Source: an uncultured Sulfurimonas sp. (lineage in GTDB: Bacteria > Campylobacterota > Campylobacteria > Campylobacterales > Sulfurimonadaceae). Taken from it: DNA of 58,255 nucleotides. Position 1 is the stretch's first letter. Each line of letters starts with the position of its first letter. Under the pieces are notes generated by a model, which saw only the letters and a list, made by a program, of their open reading frames with translations, was not told the origin of the DNA and did not search any database. The stretch is from assembly GCA_964481625.1 (NCBI GenBank), contig CAYZUN010000001.1, positions 1-58,255 of the forward strand, in the 5' to 3' direction. Below, in pieces: positions 20,340 through 30,329 of this stretch. Position numbers and translations under genes: made by a program.

Positions 20340-20972
20340 ATGTCACGCAAAATTTACCTTTTTTCAAAAACAGAGAACTCTGAAGTAAATCACGTTCCCA
20401 TCTTACTAACAGAGTTTTTAGAGCCCGAAATTAATTATGACAATTACGATGCGATTGTTTTAACCTCAAAACAATCGGTGATCGCACTGGAAAATATTAA
20501 TCATGAGTGGATTAAACTGCCTGTTTTAACCATTGCCAACTTTACCGCCAATCAAGCCCGCGCGGCGGGGGCTGAAGTGCTTGAACATGGCACGGGTTAT
20601 GGGAATTCACTTGCTGAAATAATCATTAATGGTTACCCTGATAAACGGTGGCTCTATCCCCGTCCTAAGGTGGTTGCATCTGATTTTGCTCTTAAAGTAG
20701 CTGAGGCTGGTATTGCCATGGAGGGAGTTGTTGTTTATAAAACTACATGTAATTTAGATGTAGCATCGTTAGAATTAGAGAATGATGCCATATTGATTTT
20801 TACTTCACCACTAACCATTGAGTGTTTTTTAAAGCAGCATCAATTTAAAATGAGTCAAAGTGTTATAGCTATTGGAAAAACTACGGCTGCTACATTGCCT
20901 CAAGATATAGATATCTTAATGCCAAAAGAGACATCGGTTCAAGGCTGTGTTGATTTAGCAAAATTACTTTAG
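20340..20972 (+). CDS. hemD: Putative uroporphyrinogen-III synthase
   Basis: 210 aa. Two-lobed HEM4-like pattern (LTSKQSV..., IFTSPLTIECF, IGKTTA), and the size is typical of epsilonproteobacterial HemD. Motif-level evidence only. Confidence 0.55.
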   Translation: MSRKIYLFSKTENSEVNHVPILLTEFLEPEINYDNYDAIVLTSKQSVIALENINHEWIKLPVLTIANFTANQARAAGAEVLEHGTGYGNSLAEIIINGYPDKRWLYPRPKVVASDFALKVAEAGIAMEGVVVYKTTCNLDVASLELENDAILIFTSPLTIECFLKQHQFKMSQSVIAIGKTTAATLPQDIDILMPKETSVQGCVDLAKLL

Positions 20973-20999
20973 CTTTAAGAACTTTTTTAAGTAAAAACT

Positions 21000-21008
21000 T
21001 GCTATAAT
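21000..21008 (+). promoter_or_regulatory. Extended -10 promoter element TGCTATAAT for the downstream structured RNA
   Basis: Exact TGnTATAAT at 21000-21008. The predicted TSS is near 21015, which coincides with the 5' arm of the terminal stem of the RNA candidate. Confidence 0.55.
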
Positions 21009-21012
21009 TTTA

Positions 21013-21207
21013 TTAGTCTGAGTGGTGCGATTACTCGCAATACAGGGGGTTCTACATATTCATTCAGTGAATTACGTAGTCACTTTTGTGTGTCAGCGAT
21101 CTTGCTTGAGGCTTCGGTTTAGAGATTGCCGCCTAATAAGGTGCTCGCTTCGCTATTTTCGGCTTTGAGAACCAAAGCACACTGCGGAACGGCCACTTGG
21201 GCTAACT
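21013..21207 (+). ncRNA. ssrS: Candidate 6S RNA (ssrS)
   Basis: A roughly 195-nt intergenic element that is clearly more GC-rich than its surroundings. A long closing stem pairs 21013-21025 (UUAGUCUGAGUGG) with 21193-21205 (CCACUUGGGCUAA), allowing G-U pairs. Internal hairpins are UGCGA-UUAC-UCGCA and GCUUUG-AGAAC-CAAAGC. It has its own extended -10 promoter. It lies immediately upstream of purD, where I recall epsilonproteobacterial 6S RNA genes sit. Confidence 0.55.
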
Positions 21208-21281
21208 AATAAGTATTGATACAAGATTTTCATTTTGTATGAATACTTACCTCGACTCAAAGAACAATCACGGAGAATTTT

Positions 21282-22547
21282 ATGAATGTAATGGTTATGG
21301 GAAGCGGCGGACGCGAATACTCAATTGGACGTATGCTTTCACAAGAAGAGGATGTTGAGAAGCTCTATTTTGTACCGGGAAATGGTGCTACATCGGCATT
21401 GGGTGAAAACTTAGCTATTAAAGATTACAATGAGTTGGCTGATTTTGCACAAGAAAATAACATTGACTTAACGATTGTTGGCCCGGAAGCTCCGCTAGTT
21501 AATGGTGTTGTTAATATTTTTAAAGCTCGTGATCTAACGATTTTTGGCCCTTCAAAAGAAGCTGCACAGCTTGAAGGCTCTAAAGTTTACATGAAAAACT
21601 TTTTAGCAAAATATGAGATTCCAACGGCACGTTTCATTGAAACAGACCATATTGAGACCGCATTTAAGTTTATTGAGACGCTTCCCCTTCCAGTAGTCGT
21701 GAAAGCCGATGGTCTGTGTGCGGGTAAAGGTGTTATTATTGCTATGAGTCATGATGAAGCTAAAAAAGCAACGTCTGAGATGCTCAGTGGAAAATCATTT
21801 GGCGATGCTGGAAAAAAAGTTATTATTGAAGAGTTTTTAGATGGTTATGAACTCTCAATGTTTGCTATTTGTGATGGTAAAGATTATATTTTACTACCAG
21901 CAGCACAAGATCATAAGCGATTGTTAAATAATGATGAAGGACCAAACACCGGTGGTATGGGAGCGTATGCACCAACGCCATTAGTTAATGATGAGATCTA
22001 CCAAAAAGTAAAAGATCGCGTGATTCGACCTACCTTAGATGGAATGCAAAACGAAGGTGCACCATTTGAAGGCGTGCTTTTTATTGGTCTGATGATTGTT
22101 AATGGCGAGCCTATTACTTTAGAATTTAATGTCCGTTTTGGAGACCCGGAATGTGAAATTATTATGCCACTGATGAAAAGTTCGGTTTCTAAACTGTTTT
22201 ATAAAGCGGCAACTTCGCAACTCCATGATTTACATGTAGAATTTTCTAAGCAGTATGGTGTTGGTGTTGTAATGGCAAGTCGTGATTATCCCTATAAAAG
22301 TTCAGAACCGGTTGAAATTATTGTTGATGAAATCGTTCATGATGATTTGAGAGAAAATGCACACATTTCATATGCAGGTGTAAGTGAAGAAGATGGAAAA
22401 CTTTTTGCTACGGGTGGACGTGTACTTGTCTGTGTCGGTCTGGGTGACTCCATTAAAGAAGCACGAGATCGTGCCTATATGCTCTGTGGTCAAGTGCACT
22501 TTTCGGGTAAAAAAATCCGAACTGATATCGCTTACCAAGCACTTTAA
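21282..22547 (+). CDS. purD: Phosphoribosylamine--glycine ligase
   Basis: 421 aa. ATP-grasp fold with [23 protein letters not shown] and [10 protein letters not shown] motifs. Confidence 0.96.
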   Translation: MNVMVMGSGGREYSIGRMLSQEEDVEKLYFVPGNGATSALGENLAIKDYNELADFAQENNIDLTIVGPEAPLVNGVVNIFKARDLTIFGPSKEAAQLEGSKVYMKNFLAKYEIPTARFIETDHIETAFKFIETLPLPVVVKADGLCAGKGVIIAMSHDEAKKATSEMLSGKSFGDAGKKVIIEEFLDGYELSMFAICDGKDYILLPAAQDHKRLLNNDEGPNTGGMGAYAPTPLVNDEIYQKVKDRVIRPTLDGMQNEGAPFEGVLFIGLMIVNGEPITLEFNVRFGDPECEIIMPLMKSSVSKLFYKAATSQLHDLHVEFSKQYGVGVVMASRDYPYKSSEPVEIIVDEIVHDDLRENAHISYAGVSEEDGKLFATGGRVLVCVGLGDSIKEARDRAYMLCGQVHFSGKKIRTDIAYQAL

Positions 22548-22559
22548 AAGGTCACTGTA

Positions 22560-23009
22560 ATGCAGGAAGAACTCCAAGAGAAATTGCAGCGTGAAGAGTT
22601 AACGATTGCACCAATTAAAAAACGTGCTATGTCTATGTTTATTGATGAGATGCTACTATCGCTACTACTTATTATTGTGCTATGGGACTCATTTACATCG
22701 GCTGTAACGGTTGAAGATATGATCGTATTAACCAATACGTTTGTATTGGAGTTTATGGCGATGAAAATCATTTATCAGACATTTTTCATTATGCAATATG
22801 GTGCGACACTCGGTAAAATTATTATGAAAATTCAAGTTATTGAAGTTTCGACACTCTCAACACCATCATTTCAAAGCGCATTCAATCGAGGTGTCTTTAG
22901 AATTATCAGTGAACTGTTTCTCTATTTAGGATTTTTATGGGGAACCATGAACCCGCTGCACCAGACGTGGCATGATAAGACAGCTCGAACATTGGTAGTT
23001 AATGCGTAA
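22560..23009 (+). CDS. RDD family membrane protein
   Basis: 149 aa with 3 TM segments. N-terminal APIKKRAMSMFIDEML and C-terminal WHDKTARTLVV match the RDD family pattern. Confidence 0.7.
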   Translation: MQEELQEKLQREELTIAPIKKRAMSMFIDEMLLSLLLIIVLWDSFTSAVTVEDMIVLTNTFVLEFMAMKIIYQTFFIMQYGATLGKIIMKIQVIEVSTLSTPSFQSAFNRGVFRIISELFLYLGFLWGTMNPLHQTWHDKTARTLVVNA

Positions 23010-25140
23010 ACTCATTATATTTCTACTCATTGCTTTAGGTTCAATATCTGAAGCTGAGATAGTAGAAGTATTTGCGACAAAGATAGATTCAAATGCAACC
23101 CATTTTAAAGCAAGTAATGATGTTGTGGTCTTGTACGGTGATCAGTATTTAAGTGCTAATAGCATTGTGTATGAACAAAACAGTACCGTACTGGAACTTT
23201 TTGGTAAGATTACCATTTTAAAAGGAGCTTCATACCACATTATCGGGGAGTATGCCAGAATTCAACTCAATGAAGATGATAGGATTTTTGAACCCTTTTA
23301 TCTATTAGAAAAAAAACAAGATGTTTGGATGAGCACTCAAAAAGCGTGTTCTAAACAAAATCTAATTAGCTTAGAGGAGGGGATGATTTCAGGATGTGAT
23401 CCCACTAATCCTTTGTGGCGACTGCGTTTTCAAAGTGCCAAATATGATGATGATTCCAAATGGATGGATGTCTATCACGCCTCACTGCTACTTTATGATG
23501 TTCCTGTGTTCTATTTTCCTTATTTGGGTTATTCCCTTGATTTTAAGCGTCGTACCGGTCTTTTGGTACCGTCATTTGGTCTTTCTAAGACAGAAGGCTT
23601 CTTTTATCAACAACCTATCTATATCGCAACAGACGATAGTTGGGATGTAGAACTTTTCCCTCAAATTAGAAGCAGTCGCGGTGCTGGACTTTATGCAACA
23701 CTGCGTTTTGTTGATTCAGAGGTTTCAAAAGGTGAACTGACTTTAGGGTATTTTAAAGAAAGCTCAAGTTATTTAAAAGAGTATGATTTAGCCAATAGTA
23801 AACACTATGGTTTTGATTTTAATTACATTAACCATAATCCAATTAAGGAGTGGTTTGGTTATGCGCATTCAGGTCAATCTGCTCTGTTTGCTGATATGAC
23901 ATGGATGAATGATATCGAGTATATTAATCTCAAAGGAAATGATGAGATAAAATATCCCACTTCCAATCAGATTTATTCTAGAATCAACTCTTTTTATACG
24001 GATGAAAGTGATTATTACGGGCTCTACTTTAAATATTTTTTGGATTTGAGCAAGAAAAACAATGATGAAACCATACAGAGTCTGCCTGTCTTTCAATATC
24101 ATCACTACTTAGATGCACTGTTTAAAGATTATCTTTTTTATAGTGTTGATGCAACGGCAACCAATCAGTACCGTAGTGCAGGGAAAAAAGCGTTTCAGAG
24201 TGAACTTAATATTCCTATAACAGTGAGAAACTCATTTTTTGATGATTATATTGAGCTTAGTTATACGATGCAGCTACATGGTCGACATATTTTTTTTAGT
24301 GGCGATGATGTGATTGCTGACCCAAATAACCTCTATAATAATGGGGTATTTGCACGAAACTATCATACTTTTCATATTGAGAGTTCATTAACTAAAGGTT
24401 ATGAAGACTTCTCTCATGTTATGACACTCAATGCCTCTTATGTAAATGGTGGCAGTGATTACAAGAGTGGTTATTATGAAGAGTCTCAAGAGATCTGTAG
24501 TCGTGACTATATTTATAGTAATCCACTGTGTGATTATTATGATATTATTGATATTGAAAATGCCGCTGAGTTGGGAATTACCCAGTTTTTTTTTAATACT
24601 AAAGGGCATCAACTGCTCTATCATAAGCTCTCTCAAAAGATTACTAATGAGCTAAACAGTGATGCCTTAGGAAAGCTAGAAAATGAGTTGGATCTGAGAT
24701 TAAATGATTATTTTTCCTACTATAATGGTACCCTTTATAATCATGATGTAGCACGCATAACTAAGTTTCTTAATGCATTACGATATAATGACGAAACCAT
24801 AGCATTTGATGTGACACATCTGTATGAAAACTATAGTGATGTAACGTTAAAAAAGAGTAGCTATCTAATTATGGATGTTGCGTATCAATACAATAAATAT
24901 TATAAATATTTTGCAAAAGCAGCGTATGATGTTGAAGATGCAGTCAAAAAACATATGGAAATTGGATTTTTATATTCAAAACGGTGTTGGGATTTTGGAG
25001 TGCGATATGTTGAGAATAATCGACCAAGATTAACCAATAATGACGTGGCATCAATTTTTGATAAATATATTTATTTTACAATTTCGTTAAAACCAATTGG
25101 CGGTACTGATATTAAAGCATGGGATTTTGATGATAATTAA
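23002..25140 (+). CDS. lptD: LPS-assembly outer membrane protein LptD
   Basis: 712 aa. Signal peptide, an OstA-like N-terminal beta-jellyroll (...VVLYGDQYLSANSIVYEQN...), and a large beta-barrel region with PYLGYSLDFKRRTGLLVPSFG, typical of LptD. Confidence 0.8.
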   Translation: MRKLIIFLLIALGSISEAEIVEVFATKIDSNATHFKASNDVVVLYGDQYLSANSIVYEQNSTVLELFGKITILKGASYHIIGEYARIQLNEDDRIFEPFYLLEKKQDVWMSTQKACSKQNLISLEEGMISGCDPTNPLWRLRFQSAKYDDDSKWMDVYHASLLLYDVPVFYFPYLGYSLDFKRRTGLLVPSFGLSKTEGFFYQQPIYIATDDSWDVELFPQIRSSRGAGLYATLRFVDSEVSKGELTLGYFKESSSYLKEYDLANSKHYGFDFNYINHNPIKEWFGYAHSGQSALFADMTWMNDIEYINLKGNDEIKYPTSNQIYSRINSFYTDESDYYGLYFKYFLDLSKKNNDETIQSLPVFQYHHYLDALFKDYLFYSVDATATNQYRSAGKKAFQSELNIPITVRNSFFDDYIELSYTMQLHGRHIFFSGDDVIADPNNLYNNGVFARNYHTFHIESSLTKGYEDFSHVMTLNASYVNGGSDYKSGYYEESQEICSRDYIYSNPLCDYYDIIDIENAAELGITQFFFNTKGHQLLYHKLSQKITNELNSDALGKLENELDLRLNDYFSYYNGTLYNHDVARITKFLNALRYNDETIAFDVTHLYENYSDVTLKKSSYLIMDVAYQYNKYYKYFAKAAYDVEDAVKKHMEIGFLYSKRCWDFGVRYVENNRPRLTNNDVASIFDKYIYFTISLKPIGGTDIKAWDFDDN

Positions 25141-25169
25141 AAGAATGAATTTATAAGAAGGGTGAAGGA

Positions 25170-26564
25170 ATGAAACTTGAAGCAAAAATCGGTCTTTTTG
25201 TTATTTTAGGCCTAGTAGCACTCTTTTTGTTATCAACTCAAGTTACTAAGTTTGGAACATTTGATGAAAAAGGGTACGAAATTAGTGCTTATTTGGATGA
25301 TGCTACAGGTTTAGAGCTTCAAAGTAAAGTAAATATGAACGGTGTAGCCATTGGAGAAGTAGCTAGACTCTATATCGAAGGACGTCGTGTCAGGCTGGTA
25401 TTAAATATTGAGCAACAGGTAAAAATACCGACAGACTCTCTTATTGTTGTCTCACAAGAGAGTGTTCTTGGGGCAAAAACAATTAATATACTCTCAGGCG
25501 AGAGTGAAGAAAATATAGCAGTGGATGGTCTATTAGAACATTCAAAACAGTATGCTGCCTTTGATGAAACGAGTGATACGGTTAATGCAGCAGCGAGTGA
25601 GATGCAGCTGTTGCTCAAAGATTTTAGAAATATTCTTGATGCGCAGCGTCAAGAAGAGATAAAAGAGATGATTACCGCTTTTAAAAATGTTAGTGTTAAT
25701 TTAGATAAAATTGTACTAGAAAATCGCTCTGCTCTTAAAGAAGCTATTGAAGGTATGCGCGATATGGGAGAAGGATTTTCTCAGACAGCAACTACTGTAA
25801 ATAAAGACCTGCCGCAGATTATGGCACGTTTGGATTCCTTAACACGGCGTCTTGACAGTATCGCTTTAACATTAGATGATAAACTTCCCATCGCTATGGA
25901 TAAGTTCATTGCAATTGAAGATAACGTTTCAAGTTTGATTGAAGAGAACCGTGAGTCGTTAAACAGCACGTTAGCCTCAGCAGATAGTTTTTTTGATAAT
26001 GGGCAAAGTGCTTTTTCTAAGGTTGACTCAATACTCTCTAATTTTACGGTGAGTGAACTTCAAGTGAGTGCTCAAGCTGACTATATGGTTAATGACTCTA
26101 CTATGAAAACAACGGCGGGTATCATCTATCTTCCTAATCCTGAAACGTATTATATGCTTGATATGATTTCGACGGATGATTACAGTGTAATAGGTGTTAT
26201 GCCAGATGTCCATGATGAGAGTGAGACCTATATTTCAGCACAGTATGGAAAACGCTTTGAGAATCTTCTGCTGCGTGCGGGTATGATTGAATCTACCGGA
26301 GGTTTCGGAGTTGATTATTTTACTAAGAATGACCGATTTAAGTTTTCTGCAGATGCTTATGACTTTAATGCTGTTAATGATGTCAGAGGTAAGAATGCCC
26401 ATTTTAAAGTAGGGGTGCGCTATCGAATGCTAAAACATTTAGAACTTTTTGGCGGATGGGATAACTTTGCAAATTCAGAGTCTCAAACATTTTACTTTGG
26501 TATAGGAATGCGCTTTATTGATAATAATTTGAAATATGTACTTGGCAGTGCATCTGGTTTTTAA
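25170..26564 (+). CDS. MCE/MlaD-family protein with a long helical region and a C-terminal beta-strand-rich extension ending in Phe
   Basis: 464 aa. N-terminal TM anchor plus MCE domain (YEISAYLDDATGLELQSKVNMNGVAIGEVARL). Central coiled-coil-like repeats. C-terminus has alternating hydrophobic strands ...HFKVGVRYRMLKHLELFGGWDNF...FYFGIGMRFID...GSASGF. Confidence 0.7.
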   Translation: MKLEAKIGLFVILGLVALFLLSTQVTKFGTFDEKGYEISAYLDDATGLELQSKVNMNGVAIGEVARLYIEGRRVRLVLNIEQQVKIPTDSLIVVSQESVLGAKTINILSGESEENIAVDGLLEHSKQYAAFDETSDTVNAAASEMQLLLKDFRNILDAQRQEEIKEMITAFKNVSVNLDKIVLENRSALKEAIEGMRDMGEGFSQTATTVNKDLPQIMARLDSLTRRLDSIALTLDDKLPIAMDKFIAIEDNVSSLIEENRESLNSTLASADSFFDNGQSAFSKVDSILSNFTVSELQVSAQADYMVNDSTMKTTAGIIYLPNPETYYMLDMISTDDYSVIGVMPDVHDESETYISAQYGKRFENLLLRAGMIESTGGFGVDYFTKNDRFKFSADAYDFNAVNDVRGKNAHFKVGVRYRMLKHLELFGGWDNFANSESQTFYFGIGMRFIDNNLKYVLGSASGF

Positions 26565-26579
26565 GAGCAGGAGGAAGCG

Positions 26580-27242
26580 ATGGAGTATCAAAAAGAAATT
26601 TTTATAGATCGGAGTGATGCGGCAACACAGCTTTTAGAGTTTTTACCGATTGAAAAAATACGCAGTGAATCTTGGAACTTGATTGCTGTATCGTTTGGCG
26701 GTTTGCAAATTGCTGAAGTTTTCAATAAACGATTGAAAACAAATGTTGATATTCTCTTTACGGAACCGGTTTATGCTCCTTTAAATGAAGAGTGTGAGAT
26801 TGCCCGTGTCAGTGAAACAGAAGAGCTAGTGATTCACGAAGCGTTATGTGACTCTTTTAATATCAGTCTGGATTATGTTTATGGCGAAGCTCATCGAAAA
26901 CATGAAGAGCAGATACTTACTTCTATTTATCAATATCGAAAAGGGAGACATTTTGTACCTTTAGAGGGAAAAATTGTTCTCTTAATTGATGATGGCAGTG
27001 AGACAGGTTTAAAGTTTTTAACCGCCATTAAAACGGTGTTGGCAATGAAACCAAAGGCCGTATATGTGACTGCTCCGATTATTCCACATGATGTTCTAGA
27101 GACATTGGATTCGTTGGTTGATCATATATATTATTTACATGATGTGAAAGATTATTTAACGACCTCGTCATATTATGAAAATTTTGAAATATTAAGTACA
27201 GAAAGTATTGAATCAATATTAGGAGAGAACAATGAATTATAA
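26580..27242 (+). CDS. Phosphoribosyltransferase-family protein
   Basis: 220 aa. PRPP-binding loop VLLIDDGSETG. Overlaps the pnp start by 11 nt. Confidence 0.65.
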   Translation: MEYQKEIFIDRSDAATQLLEFLPIEKIRSESWNLIAVSFGGLQIAEVFNKRLKTNVDILFTEPVYAPLNEECEIARVSETEELVIHEALCDSFNISLDYVYGEAHRKHEEQILTSIYQYRKGRHFVPLEGKIVLLIDDGSETGLKFLTAIKTVLAMKPKAVYVTAPIIPHDVLETLDSLVDHIYYLHDVKDYLTTSSYYENFEILSTESIESILGENNEL

Positions 27243-29400
27243 TGAAGTTATTGAGTTAGAAAACAGGGTTGAAAGTTACGCTTTTAATCAAGTGGCAAAG
27301 CAAGCAAATGGTACGGTGTGGTTAAAAAGTGCTAATACAGTAATGCTGGCAACCGTAGTTATTGATGAAACTGATTTTGTCTCTGAAGAGTTTTTACCAC
27401 TGACGGTTCAATATATTGAGAAAACGTATGCAGCAGGAAAATTTCCGGGTGGTTTTTTTAAACGTGAAACAAAACCGAGTGATTTTGAGACACTGACATC
27501 ACGAATTGTTGACCGTTCGTTGCGTCCACTCTTTCCAAAAGGCTTTGCTAACCCCATTCAAGTGACCATTATGGTTTTAAGTGCTGACAGTGATGCTGAC
27601 TTACAAGTATTAGCACTTAATGCTGCTTCCGCTGCTTTATTTGTTTCTGATATTGATATTAATAACTCTGTAACAGCGGTTCGTGTTGGTAAAATTGATG
27701 GTGAGATAATTATTAATCCTACAATGGGGCAACTTGAAGAGAGTACGTTAGACCTTTACCTTTCAGGAAGTAAAGAAGACCTTCTTATGATTGAGATGCG
27801 CTCTTTTGGTTCAACTGAGGTAGAACTGCTTGATTTGCCAATGATTGACCCAATGATTGATCCCGCACTCTCAGCTGAGGTGCTAAGCAAGCACATGTCA
27901 AATGCAGTTTGTGAAGAGGAATTTGTAGAGATTCTTTCTCGCGCAGGTGATTACCTAGCAGTTGTTAATAAAACGTATGAAGAGCGTTTTGGTGCGTACT
28001 CTAAAGAGTGTATGCCATTGGTATGTTTAGAACTCGCAGCATCTACTGAGATGATTGAATATATAGATGCTAATCATATTGAGACGGTTAAAGATGCAAT
28101 TAGTGAAATGGCTCGAACCGAACGCTCAACTGCTCTTAAGCGATTGCGTAAAGAGATTCTTATAGCAAAACCTGAGTGGGATGAGAAAGAACTCAAACGT
28201 GCCATTGAAGCTGTGAAATACAATACTGTTCGCGCACAGATTTTAGATGAAAACTGTAGAGCTGATGGTAGAGCATTGACAGAAATACGTCCTATCTCAA
28301 TTGAGACAAATATCTTACCTTCTGCCCATGCATCAGCACTCTTTACACGGGGTCAGACACAAGCTCTTGTTGTCTTAACTATTGGTGGTAATAAAGATGC
28401 GCAGATGTTTGAAAAATTAACCGATAGTGCAACTCAAAATGAGACCTTTATGGTGCACTATAACTTCCCGGGTTTCTCAGTAGGTGAACCGTCTCCCGTT
28501 GGTCCTCCTCGTCGTAGAGAGCTAGGTCACGGTAACTTAGCAAAACGTGCATTAGAGTCATCACTTAATGCATCAGACCAAACCATTCGGTTAGTTTCTG
28601 AAATTATGGAATCAAATGGCTCATCATCTATGGCAACAGTATGTGGAGGCTACATGGCACTTCGAGCCGGTGATATTGAGATGAGTGATACGATTGCCGG
28701 TGTCGCAATGGGGATGGTCAGCGAAGGTGATCGTTACGCAATTTTAAGCGATATTACGGGTCTTGAAGATCATGATGGTGATTTAGACTTTAAAGTAACG
28801 GGTTCTAAAGAGGGTATTACAGCGCTTCAAATGGATATAAAACTCGGTGGCATCAGTTTAAAAGTTTTAGCAGAAGCATTAATTCAAGCCAAAGAGGCAC
28901 GTTCTCATATTATTGACATTATGATTGATGCTGAAGAAGAAATTGAGCTAAATGAAGAGAGCCTTCCAAGTAGTGATCTATTCCATATTGATCCAAGTTT
29001 TGTAGGTGATATTATTGGTCAAGCAGGTAAAACAATTCGTGAAATCATTGAGATGTTTGAAGTAGCAATTGATATTGACAAAAAACAGGGTCATGTTAAA
29101 GTAACGGGTAAAAACAAAAAAGGGGTAGAGGGTGCACGTGCCCATATTGAAGGCATCATTAGTAATGCTCCTGAAAAAATTGAGTATCATGTCGGTGATG
29201 TAGCCGATGGTAAAGTTAAAAAGATTGTCGATTTTGGTGCTTTCATTGAACTGCCTGGTGGGATTGATGGACTGCTTCATATCTCAAAAGTATCGAATGA
29301 ACGTGTAAGTAAAGTTTCTGATGTTTTGAGTGAAGGTGATGCAATCAAAGTTAAAATCATTGAATTCAAAGGAAATAAGATTAGTTTGGATCGCGCATAA
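27232..29400 (+). CDS. pnp: Polyribonucleotide nucleotidyltransferase (PNPase)
   Basis: 722 aa. Two RNase PH domains, a KH domain (GQAGKTIREI) and an S1 domain (GKVKKIVDFGAFIEL..GLLHIS). Confidence 0.96.
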   Translation: MNYNEVIELENRVESYAFNQVAKQANGTVWLKSANTVMLATVVIDETDFVSEEFLPLTVQYIEKTYAAGKFPGGFFKRETKPSDFETLTSRIVDRSLRPLFPKGFANPIQVTIMVLSADSDADLQVLALNAASAALFVSDIDINNSVTAVRVGKIDGEIIINPTMGQLEESTLDLYLSGSKEDLLMIEMRSFGSTEVELLDLPMIDPMIDPALSAEVLSKHMSNAVCEEEFVEILSRAGDYLAVVNKTYEERFGAYSKECMPLVCLELAASTEMIEYIDANHIETVKDAISEMARTERSTALKRLRKEILIAKPEWDEKELKRAIEAVKYNTVRAQILDENCRADGRALTEIRPISIETNILPSAHASALFTRGQTQALVVLTIGGNKDAQMFEKLTDSATQNETFMVHYNFPGFSVGEPSPVGPPRRRELGHGNLAKRALESSLNASDQTIRLVSEIMESNGSSSMATVCGGYMALRAGDIEMSDTIAGVAMGMVSEGDRYAILSDITGLEDHDGDLDFKVTGSKEGITALQMDIKLGGISLKVLAEALIQAKEARSHIIDIMIDAEEEIELNEESLPSSDLFHIDPSFVGDIIGQAGKTIREIIEMFEVAIDIDKKQGHVKVTGKNKKGVEGARAHIEGIISNAPEKIEYHVGDVADGKVKKIVDFGAFIELPGGIDGLLHISKVSNERVSKVSDVLSEGDAIKVKIIEFKGNKISLDRA

Positions 29401-29547
29401 GCATTTTTTTAGTACATAGTGTTTATAATTCCGCTATCAAAGTGATTTAGTAGGGAAACAGAGGCATTTATGTTTTTGTTGGCATCTCTTTTAGAGGTGT
29501 TTACGCTATCCGAACGGGCTTTGTAATAATATTTTTGGAGATATCTA

Positions 29548-29862
29548 ATGAAAAAAATTCTTTTCTTAATGGTAGCATTAACTGCTGCTGCATTCGCTGC
29601 TGAAGTAGAAGTTGCTAACCAAACTCTTAAAGCGTACTCAATGATCGCTGCCGGTGTTGGTCTTGGTCTTGCTGCACTTGGTGGAGCAATTGGTATGGGT
29701 CATACTGCTGCTGCAACAATTGCCGGTACTGCACGTAACCCAGGTCTTGGCGGTAAACTAATGACTACAATGTTCATCGCTCTTGCAATGATCGAAGCGC
29801 AAGTTATCTATACTCTAGTAATTGCACTTATCGCACTATATGCGAACCCGTACCTAGGTTAA
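29548..29862 (+). CDS. atpE: F0F1 ATP synthase subunit c
   Basis: 104 aa. Gly-rich helix GLGLAALGGAIGMG, loop ARNPG, and a second helix with the carboxylate IEAQVIY. Confidence 0.9.
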   Translation: MKKILFLMVALTAAAFAAEVEVANQTLKAYSMIAAGVGLGLAALGGAIGMGHTAAATIAGTARNPGLGGKLMTTMFIALAMIEAQVIYTLVIALIALYANPYLG

Positions 29863-29877
29863 TCCTAAGTATTTTTC

Positions 29878-29895
29878 ACTCAGCTTCGGCTGAGT
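29878..29895 (+). terminator. Stem-loop ACUCAGC-UUCG-GCUGAGU between atpE and tRNA-Leu (terminator or processing/stability hairpin)
   Basis: Perfect 7-bp stem with a UUCG tetraloop, read from the sequence. No U-tract follows, so intrinsic termination is uncertain. Confidence 0.35.
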
Positions 29896-29900
29896 TAAAT

Positions 29901-29984
29901 GCACCAGTGGCGGAACGGTAGACGCGCGGGCTTGAGGGGCTCGTTTCGAGAGAAGTGGAAGTTCAAATCTTCTCTGGTGCACCA
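29901..29984 (+). tRNA. tRNA-Leu (anticodon GAG), class II with long variable arm, CCA encoded
   Basis: Cloverleaf folded by hand. Acceptor GCACCAG/CTGGTGC; D-arm GCG-GAACGGTAGA-CGC; anticodon stem CGGGC/GCTCG with loop TTGAGGG; 13-nt variable arm; T-arm GGAAG-TTCAAAT-CTTCT; discriminator A + CCA. Confidence 0.9.
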
Positions 29985-30329
29985 CTCTTAAACCCTTATA
30001 TTTAGGGACTTCATTTACAAGTAACAACAAAAAAAATAAATAACAGTTGACAGAATCTTGTGACATAAGACATCAACAAACCTTCTAATAAACAAAAATA
30101 CCACACTATATTCTTACATTGATTTTTTAACAAATATTGTCATTCTGTAGTGATTTTGACAATGATATTACACAAGTTATTACACAGTTTTTAGAAAATA
30201 TACGAAAATGAGCTAGTTATTACACAGAAGTTTAAGTAATTATTAAGAATCATAAATTATTAGAATATTTCCCTTATAGATATAATAGTTGTGTCATATG
30301 ACATAAAAACTATATCATACGAACTATGA

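Noticed and set aside
20973-21281. ZTP (pfl) or purine riboswitch upstream of purD
   Set aside because: There is weak resemblance of AGUCUGAGUGGUGCGA and CCACUUGGGCU to the ZTP conserved blocks. However, I could not find the P1 partner (CGACC) or the CCGCCUGGGC block. The two segments pair with each other as a long terminal stem of a ~195-nt element, which fits 6S RNA better.
29469-29522. 17-codon ORF (MFLLASLLEVFTLSERAL) upstream of atpE as a leader peptide or AtpI-like gene
   Set aside because: Too short, no RBS seen and no recognisable family. Probably fortuitous within the atpE promoter/leader region.
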